This document shows, one piece after another, positions 27,419 to 35,186 of a DNA stretch of 64,000 nt (within the stretch, counting starts at the first letter, position 1; every line of letters begins with the position of its first letter). The stretch is taken from the IMG/VR virus record IMGVR_UViG_3300025326_000025, one strand, 5' to 3'. Source of the DNA: a virus. Made by a program: the position numbers and the translations under genes. The notes below the pieces were generated by a model. The model was not told where the DNA came from. It searched no databases and was given only the letters and a program-made list of their open reading frames with translations.

Positions 27419-27472
27419 CTAGCGTTTCTTCGGACGCTTACGTTTCTTCTTTGGCGGGTAGCCGTATGCCAT
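27419..27472 (-). CDS. 17-aa highly basic peptide (not in the ORF track)
   Basis: GAGGGT RBS then ATG: MAYGYPPKKKRKRPKKR*; fills most of the gap between tail tube and chaperone. Confidence 0.55.
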   Translation of the reverse strand: MAYGYPPKKKRKRPKKR

Positions 27473-27478
27473 TGACCC

Positions 27479-28117
27479 TCACAGTTCTGTGTCGGCTGTC
27501 ACGGTGAAGTACGGCTGCTGGCGGATGTCGAACATCTCGCAGCGGAACGTGATGACTTCCCGGATCGTCTTGTTGGGCGCCGGTCGGGCGCTCCACTCCG
27601 AGATCCCGGAGTTGCGCATCGTGACCCAGACATGTCCGGACCCCGTCGCGCTGGACACCTGGAAATACACGCGATAGCCGGAGTCGGTTGTGAGCTGGGC
27701 TGTCGAATTGAAGATGGCCCCGTCCTGTTGGCCGCGGTCCGCCTCGTGGAACATCATCGCGTACCCTTCCTGGTCCGCGAGACGCGTAACCGTAATCTCC
27801 CCCACCTCGCGGACGGCGATGTGGTCGATTGTCGTTCGGCCGAGAAGCTCGAGGTCCTCGTACTCTTTCCCGAGACGCCCCGTGTCGATGCCCTCGACGT
27901 TCGTGATACGCCGCGCCCGAGCTAGAACGGATCCCGTGGCATCGCTCTCCGTGCCGGCCCAAGACGACGCCCGGAGGGGCGGCGCGATGAAGTTCGCGAT
28001 CAGGCTCGCGGTCGTCCAGTTCGCGACCGACAGGGACCCGACGGACTGGGAAATCCCGCTGAGCGTGTGTTCCGTCGAGATGAACACCTTGCTAAACTTG
28101 CCCTGGTAGAAGACCAT
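27479..28117 (-). CDS. Major tail tube protein (probable)
   Basis: Position before the chaperone; beta-rich with GEITVTRL and REVITF.C patterns. Confidence 0.7.
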   Translation of the reverse strand: MVFYQGKFSKVFISTEHTLSGISQSVGSLSVANWTTASLIANFIAPPLRASSWAGTESDATGSVLARARRITNVEGIDTGRLGKEYEDLELLGRTTIDHIAVREVGEITVTRLADQEGYAMMFHEADRGQQDGAIFNSTAQLTTDSGYRVYFQVSSATGSGHVWVTMRNSGISEWSARPAPNKTIREVITFRCEMFDIRQQPYFTVTADTEL

Positions 28118-28133
28118 GGCCTACCTCAGACGT

Positions 28134-28143
28134 TGGTTGATGG
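28134..28143 (-). promoter_or_regulatory. CCANNAACCA motif
   Basis: CCATCAACCA, 17 nt before the tail tube ATG. Confidence 0.68.
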
Positions 28144-28611
28144 TTAATACTGCACCGTATCGAGGCGCACGTTGTACTCCACCCGGAGACGCACGATGCA
28201 CCCGAATAGGTACGGCTGGTCCGCGGGTTCCATGTTCGACTCCCCGGTCGGTTCGTCGTTCGAGCAGTAATCCGGAAGGTCCGAGGATCCCATGACGGTC
28301 AGGAGTTGCGCGAGATACCAGTCCGCGAGTTCGACGCGCGACAGGACGGTCGCCTCGACGGTCTTCCGGTGACCCTCCTTGAACACGAGGCTCGCCTCGA
28401 CCGTCACCGTGTCGACGCGGACGTCGTCCCCGATCGTGTAGTCCACGACATCGGGTTCCTTGATGAGCAAAAGGATAAGGGGGGGCGTGTACGCCTTGTT
28501 CCGGTCGTACAGAGGCTCAAGGCGGAATCCCTCGAAGACCTTGTTCACCCCGATTTGCGTCTGGATGGTCGCCGCCACGGCTTCCCGGATCTCGTTGATG
28601 GGGTCGGCCAT
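28144..28611 (-). CDS. Tail terminator/completion protein (probable)
   Basis: 155-aa acidic protein directly upstream of the tail tube; P.ILL....P...V.VEA pattern. Confidence 0.6.
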   Translation of the reverse strand: MADPINEIREAVAATIQTQIGVNKVFEGFRLEPLYDRNKAYTPPLILLLIKEPDVVDYTIGDDVRVDTVTVEASLVFKEGHRKTVEATVLSRVELADWYLAQLLTVMGSSDLPDYCSNDEPTGESNMEPADQPYLFGCIVRLRVEYNVRLDTVQY

Positions 28612-28626
28612 GGCGGGGCACCCCGC

Positions 28627-28938
28627 CTACGTCCAACCCAGACGTCGCGAGACGGCCTGCGCCGCCATCTGGACGAAGATCACGAGCAGGGGATAGAATC
28701 CCGGCCCGAGATACTCCTCAACCGCCAGAGCGTCCGGCAGGTCGAGTGCGCCCGCGATTCCGCCGACGACGACCGCCAACAGCATCGTGGTCAGGAACTT
28801 CGCGCTCTCGAACCTCTCGGGGTTGCCTGTGTCCGGATCGACGGCCCGGAGCCACCCGAGGAAGGCGTAGATGCCCGCCGTTCCTGCGCTGATGACGATC
28901 GCCTGTAGGATGGTCGCTAGGTCTAGCATTTCCACCAT
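28627..28938 (-). CDS. Holin-like three-TM protein
   Basis: TM - E.F...KF..T...VVGG - TM pattern; start reassigned to ATG 28938. Confidence 0.55.
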   Translation of the reverse strand: MVEMLDLATILQAIVISAGTAGIYAFLGWLRAVDPDTGNPERFESAKFLTTMLLAVVVGGIAGALDLPDALAVEEYLGPGFYPLLVIFVQMAAQAVSRRLGWT

Positions 28939-28956
28939 ACGGGTTTCCTCGGACGG

Positions 28957-28966
28957 TGGTTCGTGG
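28957..28966 (-). promoter_or_regulatory. CCANNAACCA motif
   Basis: CCACGAACCA, 19 nt before the holin-like ATG. Confidence 0.65.
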
Positions 28967-29401
28967 TTACCAACCCGCCTCGTCCTTATATTTACACCTA
29001 TCCACGAGCGGGACCGAGAAAGACCAATAGAACAGAGCCGCGGCGAAGATGAAACGAAGGATGGCGATTCCATCGGTCGGGTTGAACGGGAGGTATTCAG
29101 CGGCGATTGCGAGGACCTGCGCGACGCCGACAGCGGCGATAGCGACCTTTAGGCGGACGTCGACGTACATCCTGCCCTTCGTATGAAACATGACGATGAA
29201 TGCGAACAGGACGGACGCCAGGGCGAGGAGGAAGGACGCGACGATGTGCGGCGGACTTCCGACGAACGGTCGACCGACGATTGCTCCCAGGACGGCGATG
29301 AGAAGGTAATTCGTGCGGAGTCCGTTCTCGTACATCGCAATCATCAAGTCGCGTTGCGAGAACTTCTTCGGGGGAAGCCTCTTGCCTGGACCCAGCATCA
29401 T
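28967..29401 (-). CDS. Multi-TM membrane protein
   Basis: About four hydrophobic helices; start at 29401 or 29413. Confidence 0.65.
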   Translation of the reverse strand: MMLGPGKRLPPKKFSQRDLMIAMYENGLRTNYLLIAVLGAIVGRPFVGSPPHIVASFLLALASVLFAFIVMFHTKGRMYVDVRLKVAIAAVGVAQVLAIAAEYLPFNPTDGIAILRFIFAAALFYWSFSVPLVDRCKYKDEAGW

Positions 29402-29405
29402 AAGC

Positions 29406-29415
29406 TGGTTCATGG
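29406..29415 (-). promoter_or_regulatory. CCANNAACCA motif
   Basis: CCATGAACCA just upstream of 29401. Confidence 0.5.
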
Positions 29416-29421
29416 CGCGTG

Positions 29422-30729
29422 CTAACGCTGTGCGAGTACCCGGATGGCCCGGAGGGACGATTTCTCCCGCGGCATACGGTACTTCTCGAGGTTGTCGAAC
29501 AGGTCCTTCCACATGGGGAGGACCGTCCCGTCCCAATCGTACTGCTGCACGGCGAAGTCACGGGCGGCCTTCCCCATCCTTTTCGCATCCTCCGGGGTCT
29601 TGTAGATTCGCGCCAGCTTGTCCGCCGCGTCCTGCACGTCGGCCAGGGCCCACAACCCCCCCGTGGCGTGCATCTCGACGGCCTGCACCTTCGCGAGGAG
29701 GCCGCGTTTCTGCGTGATCGTAATCTGGTTGACCTTCGTGCCGTCCTCCCCCGTGACAATCTTCGATTCCTCGTCCGCGTAGAACTCCTTCGGGGTCGTC
29801 CAGGCTGTCGCGACGCTCGGAAGGCCGCACGCCATGGCCTCCATCATGGGGATGCCGAATCCCTCCCCACCCGTCAGGAGCAGGTGCGCATCCGCCGCGG
29901 CGTAGAGATCCCGGAGTTCGTCCTCGGAGATCCACAGGTCCGCCAGCATCTTCGCGTTCATATTCGTGAAGAACACGCTGTCCTCGATTGACAACATCCT
30001 CATGAGGTTCGGGATGTCCCACCCCGTCTGATCCTGCGGCAGGCAATGCAGAAGGAGCTTCGCGTTCGGAGCCGTGGAGTGCTTGAAGATGGCGAAGGCT
30101 TGGAGCGTGCGATCGAGGCGTTTCCGAATCTGGTTGTGCGCGACGCTCAGGACGAGGAAGTCATCCGGCTGAATCATCCCTCCCCCGGCGATGCGCTGCC
30201 GGAGCTTGCGTCGCTCATCGTAGTCCACGACGGGTCGGAACACCTTCGTGTCGACGCCGTGCGGGACGTACTTCCCCCAATCGACGCCGATCGACTCGAT
30301 GAGCTTCTTCCCGAACTTCGAGAACGCGATGGGCACGTCCGTCCGGAGGATGCTGTCGGCCCAGAACGGCACGCAGTTCTCCGTGTCGAACGTGATATGA
30401 CGGATGTACGGATGGTCCCCGGACTTGATCCACGGGTGCTCGAGGAGATAGTGGGCGCACCAGATGTCGATGAGACTCCAGACGATGTCCGGCTTGTACT
30501 TCTCGATGTACCACGGGACGATGTCGGCCCCCCACCGGTCCTGTCCGATCGGGAGCACCGTGATCCTCTCCCCCAGCTCGCGCGGTCGGATGGGCGTCCC
30601 TCGGTAGTCCTGATGCACCGCGTACACGTCGTATCCCCAAGAGTCGAGTGCCTGCGCGACGCGCCTCGTGACGTTCGCGAATCCCGTAACTGCGGTTATG
30701 CCGTGACTCAGCATCAGTACGCTCGTCAT
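29422..30729 (-). CDS. Glycosyltransferase, GT-B/GT4 family
   Basis: TGF..V.R, V.HGVD...F, RKR, EGFGIPMME (E-x7-E), A.G.P. Confidence 0.9.
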   Translation of the reverse strand: MTSVLMLSHGITAVTGFANVTRRVAQALDSWGYDVYAVHQDYRGTPIRPRELGERITVLPIGQDRWGADIVPWYIEKYKPDIVWSLIDIWCAHYLLEHPWIKSGDHPYIRHITFDTENCVPFWADSILRTDVPIAFSKFGKKLIESIGVDWGKYVPHGVDTKVFRPVVDYDERRKLRQRIAGGGMIQPDDFLVLSVAHNQIRKRLDRTLQAFAIFKHSTAPNAKLLLHCLPQDQTGWDIPNLMRMLSIEDSVFFTNMNAKMLADLWISEDELRDLYAAADAHLLLTGGEGFGIPMMEAMACGLPSVATAWTTPKEFYADEESKIVTGEDGTKVNQITITQKRGLLAKVQAVEMHATGGLWALADVQDAADKLARIYKTPEDAKRMGKAARDFAVQQYDWDGTVLPMWKDLFDNLEKYRMPREKSSLRAIRVLAQR

Positions 30730-31004
30730 GGGGACAGCACTCCGCGCGCGCACGTGATGCGGTCGTAAGCGAGGGATGTCTCCATACCCTCGAGGTCGTA
30801 GAGAGCTAGATGGGTGTGTTCATGTCCCAGAGTATCCTCGATGCACTCGGCGGCATGCCCGATGAGAAGGATCCTCCGCCGCGTCGGGTGCGTCATCGCC
30901 ACGAGATTCATTCCCATGCGCCGATGCTCAATCCACCGGTCGAGAGCGGCGTTGAGGTCGCCCGGGTCCATCCGGTCCGACAGGACATTCACCGTGACGG
31001 TCAC
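30726..31004 (-). CDS. Minimal zincin-like HExxH protein (92 aa)
   Basis: DTLGHEHTHLAL. Confidence 0.55.
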   Translation of the reverse strand: MTVTVNVLSDRMDPGDLNAALDRWIEHRRMGMNLVAMTHPTRRRILLIGHAAECIEDTLGHEHTHLALYDLEGMETSLAYDRITCARGVLSP

Positions 31005-31468
31005 AGGGCCTTCACCTCGACGTCGCAGCAGGAGGTATCGCCGTACATCTTGTGGGCCGTGAGGACGATGACCTGATTGTCATCGCGCCAGATGATGCCC
31101 GTCATCGCGTCCAATACGCTACGGATGGCCTTGTCGAGGTCCGGACGCACGGTGGGCCACGTGCGCTTCTTCGGCACGCTTGGCGGCTTCTGGAACGCGA
31201 ATCCCAGTTCCACGATGACGGCCGTCCCCCTCGGGAATACGGGCAATTCCGGTTGCTCCGACTTCATGAGGAGACGGACCGCCTCGAGCGCCCGGTCCTG
31301 GACGTTCGTGTTCCAGGAGACGAGCTTCTCGCCGCCGACGGACGTGATATGGGCTCTCCCGGTCTTCTTGTTCACGAAAGCCCGGGTCGACCCCTTCGGG
31401 ACCGGCGTGCCGAATACCCGGAATCGGAGTCCTTCAAGTCGCAGTTTCTCGGCCGTCTCGTCGTCCAT
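31001..31468 (-). CDS. rusA: RusA family Holliday junction resolvase
   Basis: G.PVPKG, PDLDK..RSVLDAMTG..W.DD.QV..L.A.K.Y. Confidence 0.92.
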   Translation of the reverse strand: MDDETAEKLRLEGLRFRVFGTPVPKGSTRAFVNKKTGRAHITSVGGEKLVSWNTNVQDRALEAVRLLMKSEQPELPVFPRGTAVIVELGFAFQKPPSVPKKRTWPTVRPDLDKAIRSVLDAMTGIIWRDDNQVIVLTAHKMYGDTSCCDVEVKAL

Positions 31469-31494
31469 CTCATCTCCACCTATTCACTTTTGGA

Positions 31495-31518
31495 TAGCAT
31501 TATTCACCGATAATGCTA
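31495..31518. promoter_or_regulatory. Perfect 9-bp inverted repeat (operator or terminator)
   Basis: TAGCATTAT-TCACCG-ATAATGCTA in the AT-rich gap upstream of rusA. Confidence 0.55.
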
Positions 31519-31519
31519 A

Positions 31520-31693
31520 TCAAACGATGATCCAGTTCCCTCCGAACGTGTTCGCGGTGAGCACGATGTCCCTCTCGTTCCCGTGGAACACGACCATGTG
31601 CGGGTTCGATGACGTCAGGAGGTCGTACCCCGTCCCCATGGCGGTCTTCGTCTGACCGTTGTCCGTCCATACGAGCTTGAAGGGCCTGCCCAT
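31520..31693 (-). CDS. Hypothetical protein (57 aa, not in the ORF track)
   Basis: MGRPFKLVWTDNGQTK...GGNWIIV; packed against its neighbours. Confidence 0.55.
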   Translation of the reverse strand: MGRPFKLVWTDNGQTKTAMGTGYDLLTSSNPHMVVFHGNERDIVLTANTFGGNWIIV

Positions 31694-31694
31694 G

Positions 31695-31829
31695 TCACCA
31701 CACCGTGACGGGACGCGGATAAGCGATGATCTGTTGCGGCGGCCCGTGGTACTGGCAGTACATGTGCGGTCCCGTGTGGCAACACGTCCCTGCGCAGATG
31801 CAGCACATCGATGATGGACCCGGAATCAT
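31695..31829 (-). CDS. Cys/His-rich microprotein (44 aa, not in the ORF track)
   Basis: MIPGPSSMCCICAGTCCHTGPHMYCQYH...; ATGA overlap with upstream gene. Confidence 0.55.
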   Translation of the reverse strand: MIPGPSSMCCICAGTCCHTGPHMYCQYHGPPQQIIAYPRPVTVW

Positions 31830-32266
31830 CCCTCGTCTCCCTCAGCACCTCTGGACTTTCGCTTTGTCTTCCCGCGAGTATCGGGAATGTTGATTGACGT
31901 GAATGGGCCCATTTCTTTCAAGGCGTCGAGGGCCATGAGGTCCGCGTCCAGGACATCTCCACCAGGAAACTTGACAATCTCCGTGAAACGGGGTGTGGGA
32001 ACCGGCCTCCCATCCGAATCGTACTTCCCGGATTCTGAGGGGGCCACCTGTCGGTCGAATGCGGCTTGGAACGTCTCCGCGTTCTCCCCATCGCGGCTCG
32101 CATACGCCACGACGGAGGCCCACGTACCCGGGGGTAGAACGACGGAGGGTCCGAGGTTGCCGCGATCCGCGTTGGGCATCTGCCCGTCCAATGTGACCAT
32201 GATTCGCACGGATCCGTCCGCGAGCCTCTCGAACCACCACCCGCTGTGCGCATGGAACACGGTCAC
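31826..32266 (-). CDS. Hypothetical protein (146 aa)
   Basis: GTGA overlap with the upstream gene; FH..SGWWFERL.DGSV pattern. Confidence 0.6.
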   Translation of the reverse strand: MTVFHAHSGWWFERLADGSVRIMVTLDGQMPNADRGNLGPSVVLPPGTWASVVAYASRDGENAETFQAAFDRQVAPSESGKYDSDGRPVPTPRFTEIVKFPGGDVLDADLMALDALKEMGPFTSINIPDTRGKTKRKSRGAEGDEG

Positions 32267-32712
32267 ACGTCCGAGTAGTCCACGATGTCGGTCGACGGGT
32301 TCGCAATCATGACGTCGCTCGCGGCCCGACGGCTTTCGATGTTTCTAGGAGGTACGATATCCACCGCGCGGTCGCCGATCTGGATGCCGTAGTTCATGAG
32401 AAGCATATTCCGCGCGACCTCCCAATGCCGGTTCACGGGTCGTCCCGTTTCCGGATCGATGTGCCACGCGTCTTTCTTCTGGTCTCCGAGGTATCCTGCG
32501 AACTCCGAGATGATGGCGTCCTTCACGGTATCTCCACTCGTCGGGGAGGAGTCCGTCCACGAGACGCTCGCCGAGACGCCGGAGTTCGTGAGGGTCGTCA
32601 GTCCGAACGGTCCGTAGATGTCCTTGATGCTCTGGGACGAGAAGAAATCCGGATCGCCGCTGACCGTGGAAAAGCCTGTCGAGTCGTAAAACAACTGGAC
32701 GATGTTCGGCAT
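32263..32712 (-). CDS. Putative head-tail adaptor (149 aa)
   Basis: Position between capsid and tail genes; preceded by the CCANNAACCA motif. Confidence 0.5.
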   Translation of the reverse strand: MPNIVQLFYDSTGFSTVSGDPDFFSSQSIKDIYGPFGLTTLTNSGVSASVSWTDSSPTSGDTVKDAIISEFAGYLGDQKKDAWHIDPETGRPVNRHWEVARNMLLMNYGIQIGDRAVDIVPPRNIESRRAASDVMIANPSTDIVDYSDV

Positions 32713-32728
32713 CTCATCCTCGGGGTTA

Positions 32729-32738
32729 TGGTTCTTGG
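32729..32738 (-). promoter_or_regulatory. CCANNAACCA motif
   Basis: CCAAGAACCA, 17 nt before ATG 32712. Confidence 0.65.
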
Positions 32739-32745
32739 CGGGTCA

Positions 32746-33027
32746 CTACGACTCCGGTCGGCCGCTGTACGACTTCGTGGTGTCGTGTCGGTGTCGTTTG
32801 AGTTTCTCAATCTCGTCGAGGGCCTCCTCGAGGCCGTTCGCGAGATGCTGCAATGCCTGCGATGTGTCGTACCGGGTGGAACAGAGCGCCGATCGAAGTT
32901 GCTCCACGGATGGTTTCTCCGGAAGGTGCTTCCTTTCGGCATCGTCCTCCGTACCGTAGTATTCCGGCTCGTCGTTCTCCAGGTCGTTCGCCCACGATTG
33001 CGCTTCGTCTACTTCTTCTTGTGCCAT
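32746..33027 (-). CDS. Acidic coiled-coil protein (93 aa)
   Basis: Start reassigned to MAQEEVDE, downstream of a TATA-GTTGCC promoter. Confidence 0.6.
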   Translation of the reverse strand: MAQEEVDEAQSWANDLENDEPEYYGTEDDAERKHLPEKPSVEQLRSALCSTRYDTSQALQHLANGLEEALDEIEKLKRHRHDTTKSYSGRPES

Positions 33028-33075
33028 ACCAGACACTCTCCGCCGCGAGAACATCGCGGTGAACGTCGTAAAGCC

Positions 33076-33090
33076 CGGCAACTATAAGAA
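33076..33090 (-). promoter_or_regulatory. TATA-GTTGCC promoter
   Basis: TTCTTATAGTTGCCG. Confidence 0.7.
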
Positions 33091-33096
33091 GGATGT

Positions 33097-33160
33097 GCCC
33101 GAGGAGGAGCGACCGGAGACCCACTTTTCCAGAGAAGTAACTCCGGCCTACACTACGGGC
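33097..33160 (-). ncRNA. Y-RNA-like structured RNA 2 (64 nt, minimal form)
   Basis: GCCC-GTAGTGTAG-G-CCGGAG-TTACTTCT-N14-CTCCGG-TCG-CTCC-TCCTC-GGGC; own promoter at 33176-33190. Confidence 0.75.
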
Positions 33161-33175
33161 GAACCGCGTAGAGCA

Positions 33176-33197
33176 CGGCAACTACTTAACGGTTGCG
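33176..33197 (-). promoter_or_regulatory. TATA-GTTGCC promoter with near-palindromic flanks, driving RNA 2
   Basis: CGCAAC-CGTTAAGTA-GTTGCC-G; TATA ends about 23 nt before the RNA 5' end. Confidence 0.72.
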
Positions 33198-33418
33198 TCC
33201 GCGTCGAACTCGGGACTGTCGGCGGAGATGGACGCGGTCTTCGGGTCGTACCCGTACTTCTTCGCGAGAACATCCATGTACTGCCGAACCTGTCCCCATG
33301 CGTCCCGAGCCGTGTTCTGCCACGATGGTCCATAGACGAGTACGGGCGTCGTCTGAGCATCGCGATAGAGGCCGATGAGTTTCGCATGTTCTTCTTCGGT
33401 GAGGCGGACGTGCTTCAT
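33182..33418 (-). CDS. Hypothetical protein (78 aa), translationally coupled to Ro60
   Basis: ATGA overlap with the TROVE stop; MKHVRLTEEEHAKL... Confidence 0.65.
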   Translation of the reverse strand: MKHVRLTEEEHAKLIGLYRDAQTTPVLVYGPSWQNTARDAWGQVRQYMDVLAKKYGYDPKTASISADSPEFDADATVK

Positions 33419-34995
33419 TCCGTCTCCGTCCCGGCGTCCTTCTTGTAGCTGCGTTCGCCCGCCTTCCGGATTGCCTCGAATACGACGCCCGGATCCTTCG
33501 TCTTCTCGTACGCGTCGAAGAAGCCCAAGACGCGGTCGGACCATCCAGCGAGCATGCACACGCCTCCCTCGGGGAACTGCGCCGTCCCGTACCCAGCGAG
33601 GTCGATCGAGTACAGGTAGGGCGTCTTGCCGATCTTCGAGACGTAGCGGTGGTACGACTCCGCAAGACTGTTCCCACGTGCCCCTACGCTCGAGTACATG
33701 GACGCGAACCTCGAGGTGACCTCGCTGTCGTAGCATTGCATGTCGCTGAAGATGACAATCCGGTCCACCGAGATGCCGTTCTCCGTGAGGTAGTCGATCG
33801 CCAGGAAGGCGTTCGTCGCCATCCCCACGTCCGTCGCACGGTATCTCTCGACGGCTTGCAGCAGGGATCCCGATTTCATCGTCGGGACCACCGCGAAATC
33901 CTCGGCGAACACGGACGTGATCGCCTTGTCGCAGATGTGCGTCGAGAGAGCCTGGAGGACGTTCGCCACGTCCTTCATCGACACGGAGGACTTGGCGCTG
34001 ACGTTCGCGTCCATGGAGTGACTGTTGTCCGAGGACAGGAAGGTCGTTCCGGCGAGGCGCGGGACGTTCACCACGCTGAGCCGCATCGCCGTCTCGAGGG
34101 CGTCCAACACCTCCGCAGACTGCGTGACGCTCTGGATCTCCCGGTAGGCCGAGAAGAACCGGAACGGGAACTGCTTCGACTTCCGGACGGCCTCCGGGTC
34201 CGTGAGGACCTTGAGGACCGGCGTGAGGTCGACGCCCTTCTGGATGAAGTTCCGGAGATTCCGCAGGAGTGCCATGTAACCCATGTTCGGGATGGCGGCC
34301 TCCCAGTTCTCCTTCGTGCTTCCTTTCGTGGAGATCGTGACCTCCCACGTGTACGGAGGCGTCAGGGTGCGTTCGAGGACCTGCTTGTAGAGGGCCGCGC
34401 GTTCCGGCATCTTCGGCTTCGGGTGCGTGATGCGCAGGACATCCCGGAGCTTGACTTCCCCGTCCCGGTCGTACTTCGCGAAGCCGTACGCGCCGAAGTT
34501 GTCGAAGGCGTCCGCGAGGCCGCGCTTGAGGGCGTTGCTCATCATGCCGGCCTTCGCGTGGTTCCCGATGTCCCCGAAGGCCTTCTTCCAAGTCGCCACG
34601 AGTTCCGTGAGCTGATCCGCGCGCGTGACGACCTTGGGTACGGTCGAGCGAACGAACGTTCGCGTCTCGGGATACCGGCACGCCTCAACGAGGAGGACGA
34701 GTGGGATGGTGCGAAGGTAGAGTTCCCGGCGCGCGTACACGGCGAGATCCAGGACGAACTGAGGATCCTCCTTCGCGACGACGCCGATGAGCCGCCGGAT
34801 CTCGTCATCACCCTGCGCCGTGGCGTCGTAGAACTTCGGCTCCCCGACGAGGGCCGTCGCGACGCGCGTGTAGAGTTCCATCTTCGGCTGCATCGCGAAG
34901 GCGAGTCCGCCCTCCTCATTCACCGTCGCGTCCGGTCTGTCCTGCACACTACGACGTGCCGTCGCCTTGGGGTTCTGTCGTGCCATGCTCATCAC
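33415..34995 (-). CDS. rsr: Ro60/TROVE domain ribonucleoprotein (Rsr ortholog)
   Basis: NEEGG.AF, LYLRTIP..LL, AKYDR...V.LRDVLRI.HPKP, TWEV.IS..G, YMALLRNLRN, SKQFPFRF..AY; vWA part D.S.SM...IFSDMQ; start between 34986 and 34995. Confidence 0.95.
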   Translation of the reverse strand: MMSMARQNPKATARRSVQDRPDATVNEEGGLAFAMQPKMELYTRVATALVGEPKFYDATAQGDDEIRRLIGVVAKEDPQFVLDLAVYARRELYLRTIPLVLLVEACRYPETRTFVRSTVPKVVTRADQLTELVATWKKAFGDIGNHAKAGMMSNALKRGLADAFDNFGAYGFAKYDRDGEVKLRDVLRITHPKPKMPERAALYKQVLERTLTPPYTWEVTISTKGSTKENWEAAIPNMGYMALLRNLRNFIQKGVDLTPVLKVLTDPEAVRKSKQFPFRFFSAYREIQSVTQSAEVLDALETAMRLSVVNVPRLAGTTFLSSDNSHSMDANVSAKSSVSMKDVANVLQALSTHICDKAITSVFAEDFAVVPTMKSGSLLQAVERYRATDVGMATNAFLAIDYLTENGISVDRIVIFSDMQCYDSEVTSRFASMYSSVGARGNSLAESYHRYVSKIGKTPYLYSIDLAGYGTAQFPEGGVCMLAGWSDRVLGFFDAYEKTKDPGVVFEAIRKAGERSYKKDAGTETE

Positions 34996-35016
34996 ATCTG
35001 GACGTTTCCGTCCCCC

Positions 35017-35030
35017 TGCAATTTAGAAGG
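35017..35030 (-). promoter_or_regulatory. TATA-like box for Ro60
   Basis: CCTTCTAAATTGCA about 26 nt upstream of GTG 34995. Confidence 0.45.
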
Positions 35031-35031
35031 G

Positions 35032-35119
35032 GGGCGAGGATGGTCGAGAACGGGTATTTGCCGGGGTTTCACCGACACCCTGTTAAAGCACAGAAGTATC
35101 CGTTCTCTACACTACGCCC
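35032..35119 (-). ncRNA. Y-RNA-like structured RNA 1 (88 nt, with two-hairpin insert)
   Basis: GGGC-GTAGTGTAG-A-GAACGG-ATACTTCT-N38-CCGTTC-TCG-ACCA-TCCTC-GCCC; same core as RNA 2 with compensatory changes. Confidence 0.78.
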
Positions 35120-35140
35120 GCGAGAGGTAATACATGATGG

Positions 35141-35149
35141 GTATTTAAT
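35141..35149 (-). promoter_or_regulatory. TATA box for RNA 1
   Basis: ATTAAATAC ending about 22 nt upstream of the RNA 5' end. Confidence 0.6.
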
Positions 35150-35186
35150 CGTGCCGACGCCGCGTAGCGTCTGTTGCCGGTGTGTG

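Noticed and set aside
27419-27472. Match of PKKKRK to the SV40 nuclear localisation signal
   Set aside because: Host appears archaeal; the match is explained by basic composition
29422-30729. T4-like DNA glucosylation as a firm assignment for the glycosyltransferases
   Set aside because: No hydroxymethyl-base synthesis gene is in the window, and two GTs lie in late structural regions; kept only as one hypothesis
35032-35119. + strand orientation for the Y-like RNAs (the + strand gives two G.U pairs extending the inner stem)
   Set aside because: TATA boxes at the correct distance exist only for the - strand in both copies, Ro60 is on that strand, and the insert hairpin has its G.U on the - strand; not fully excluded
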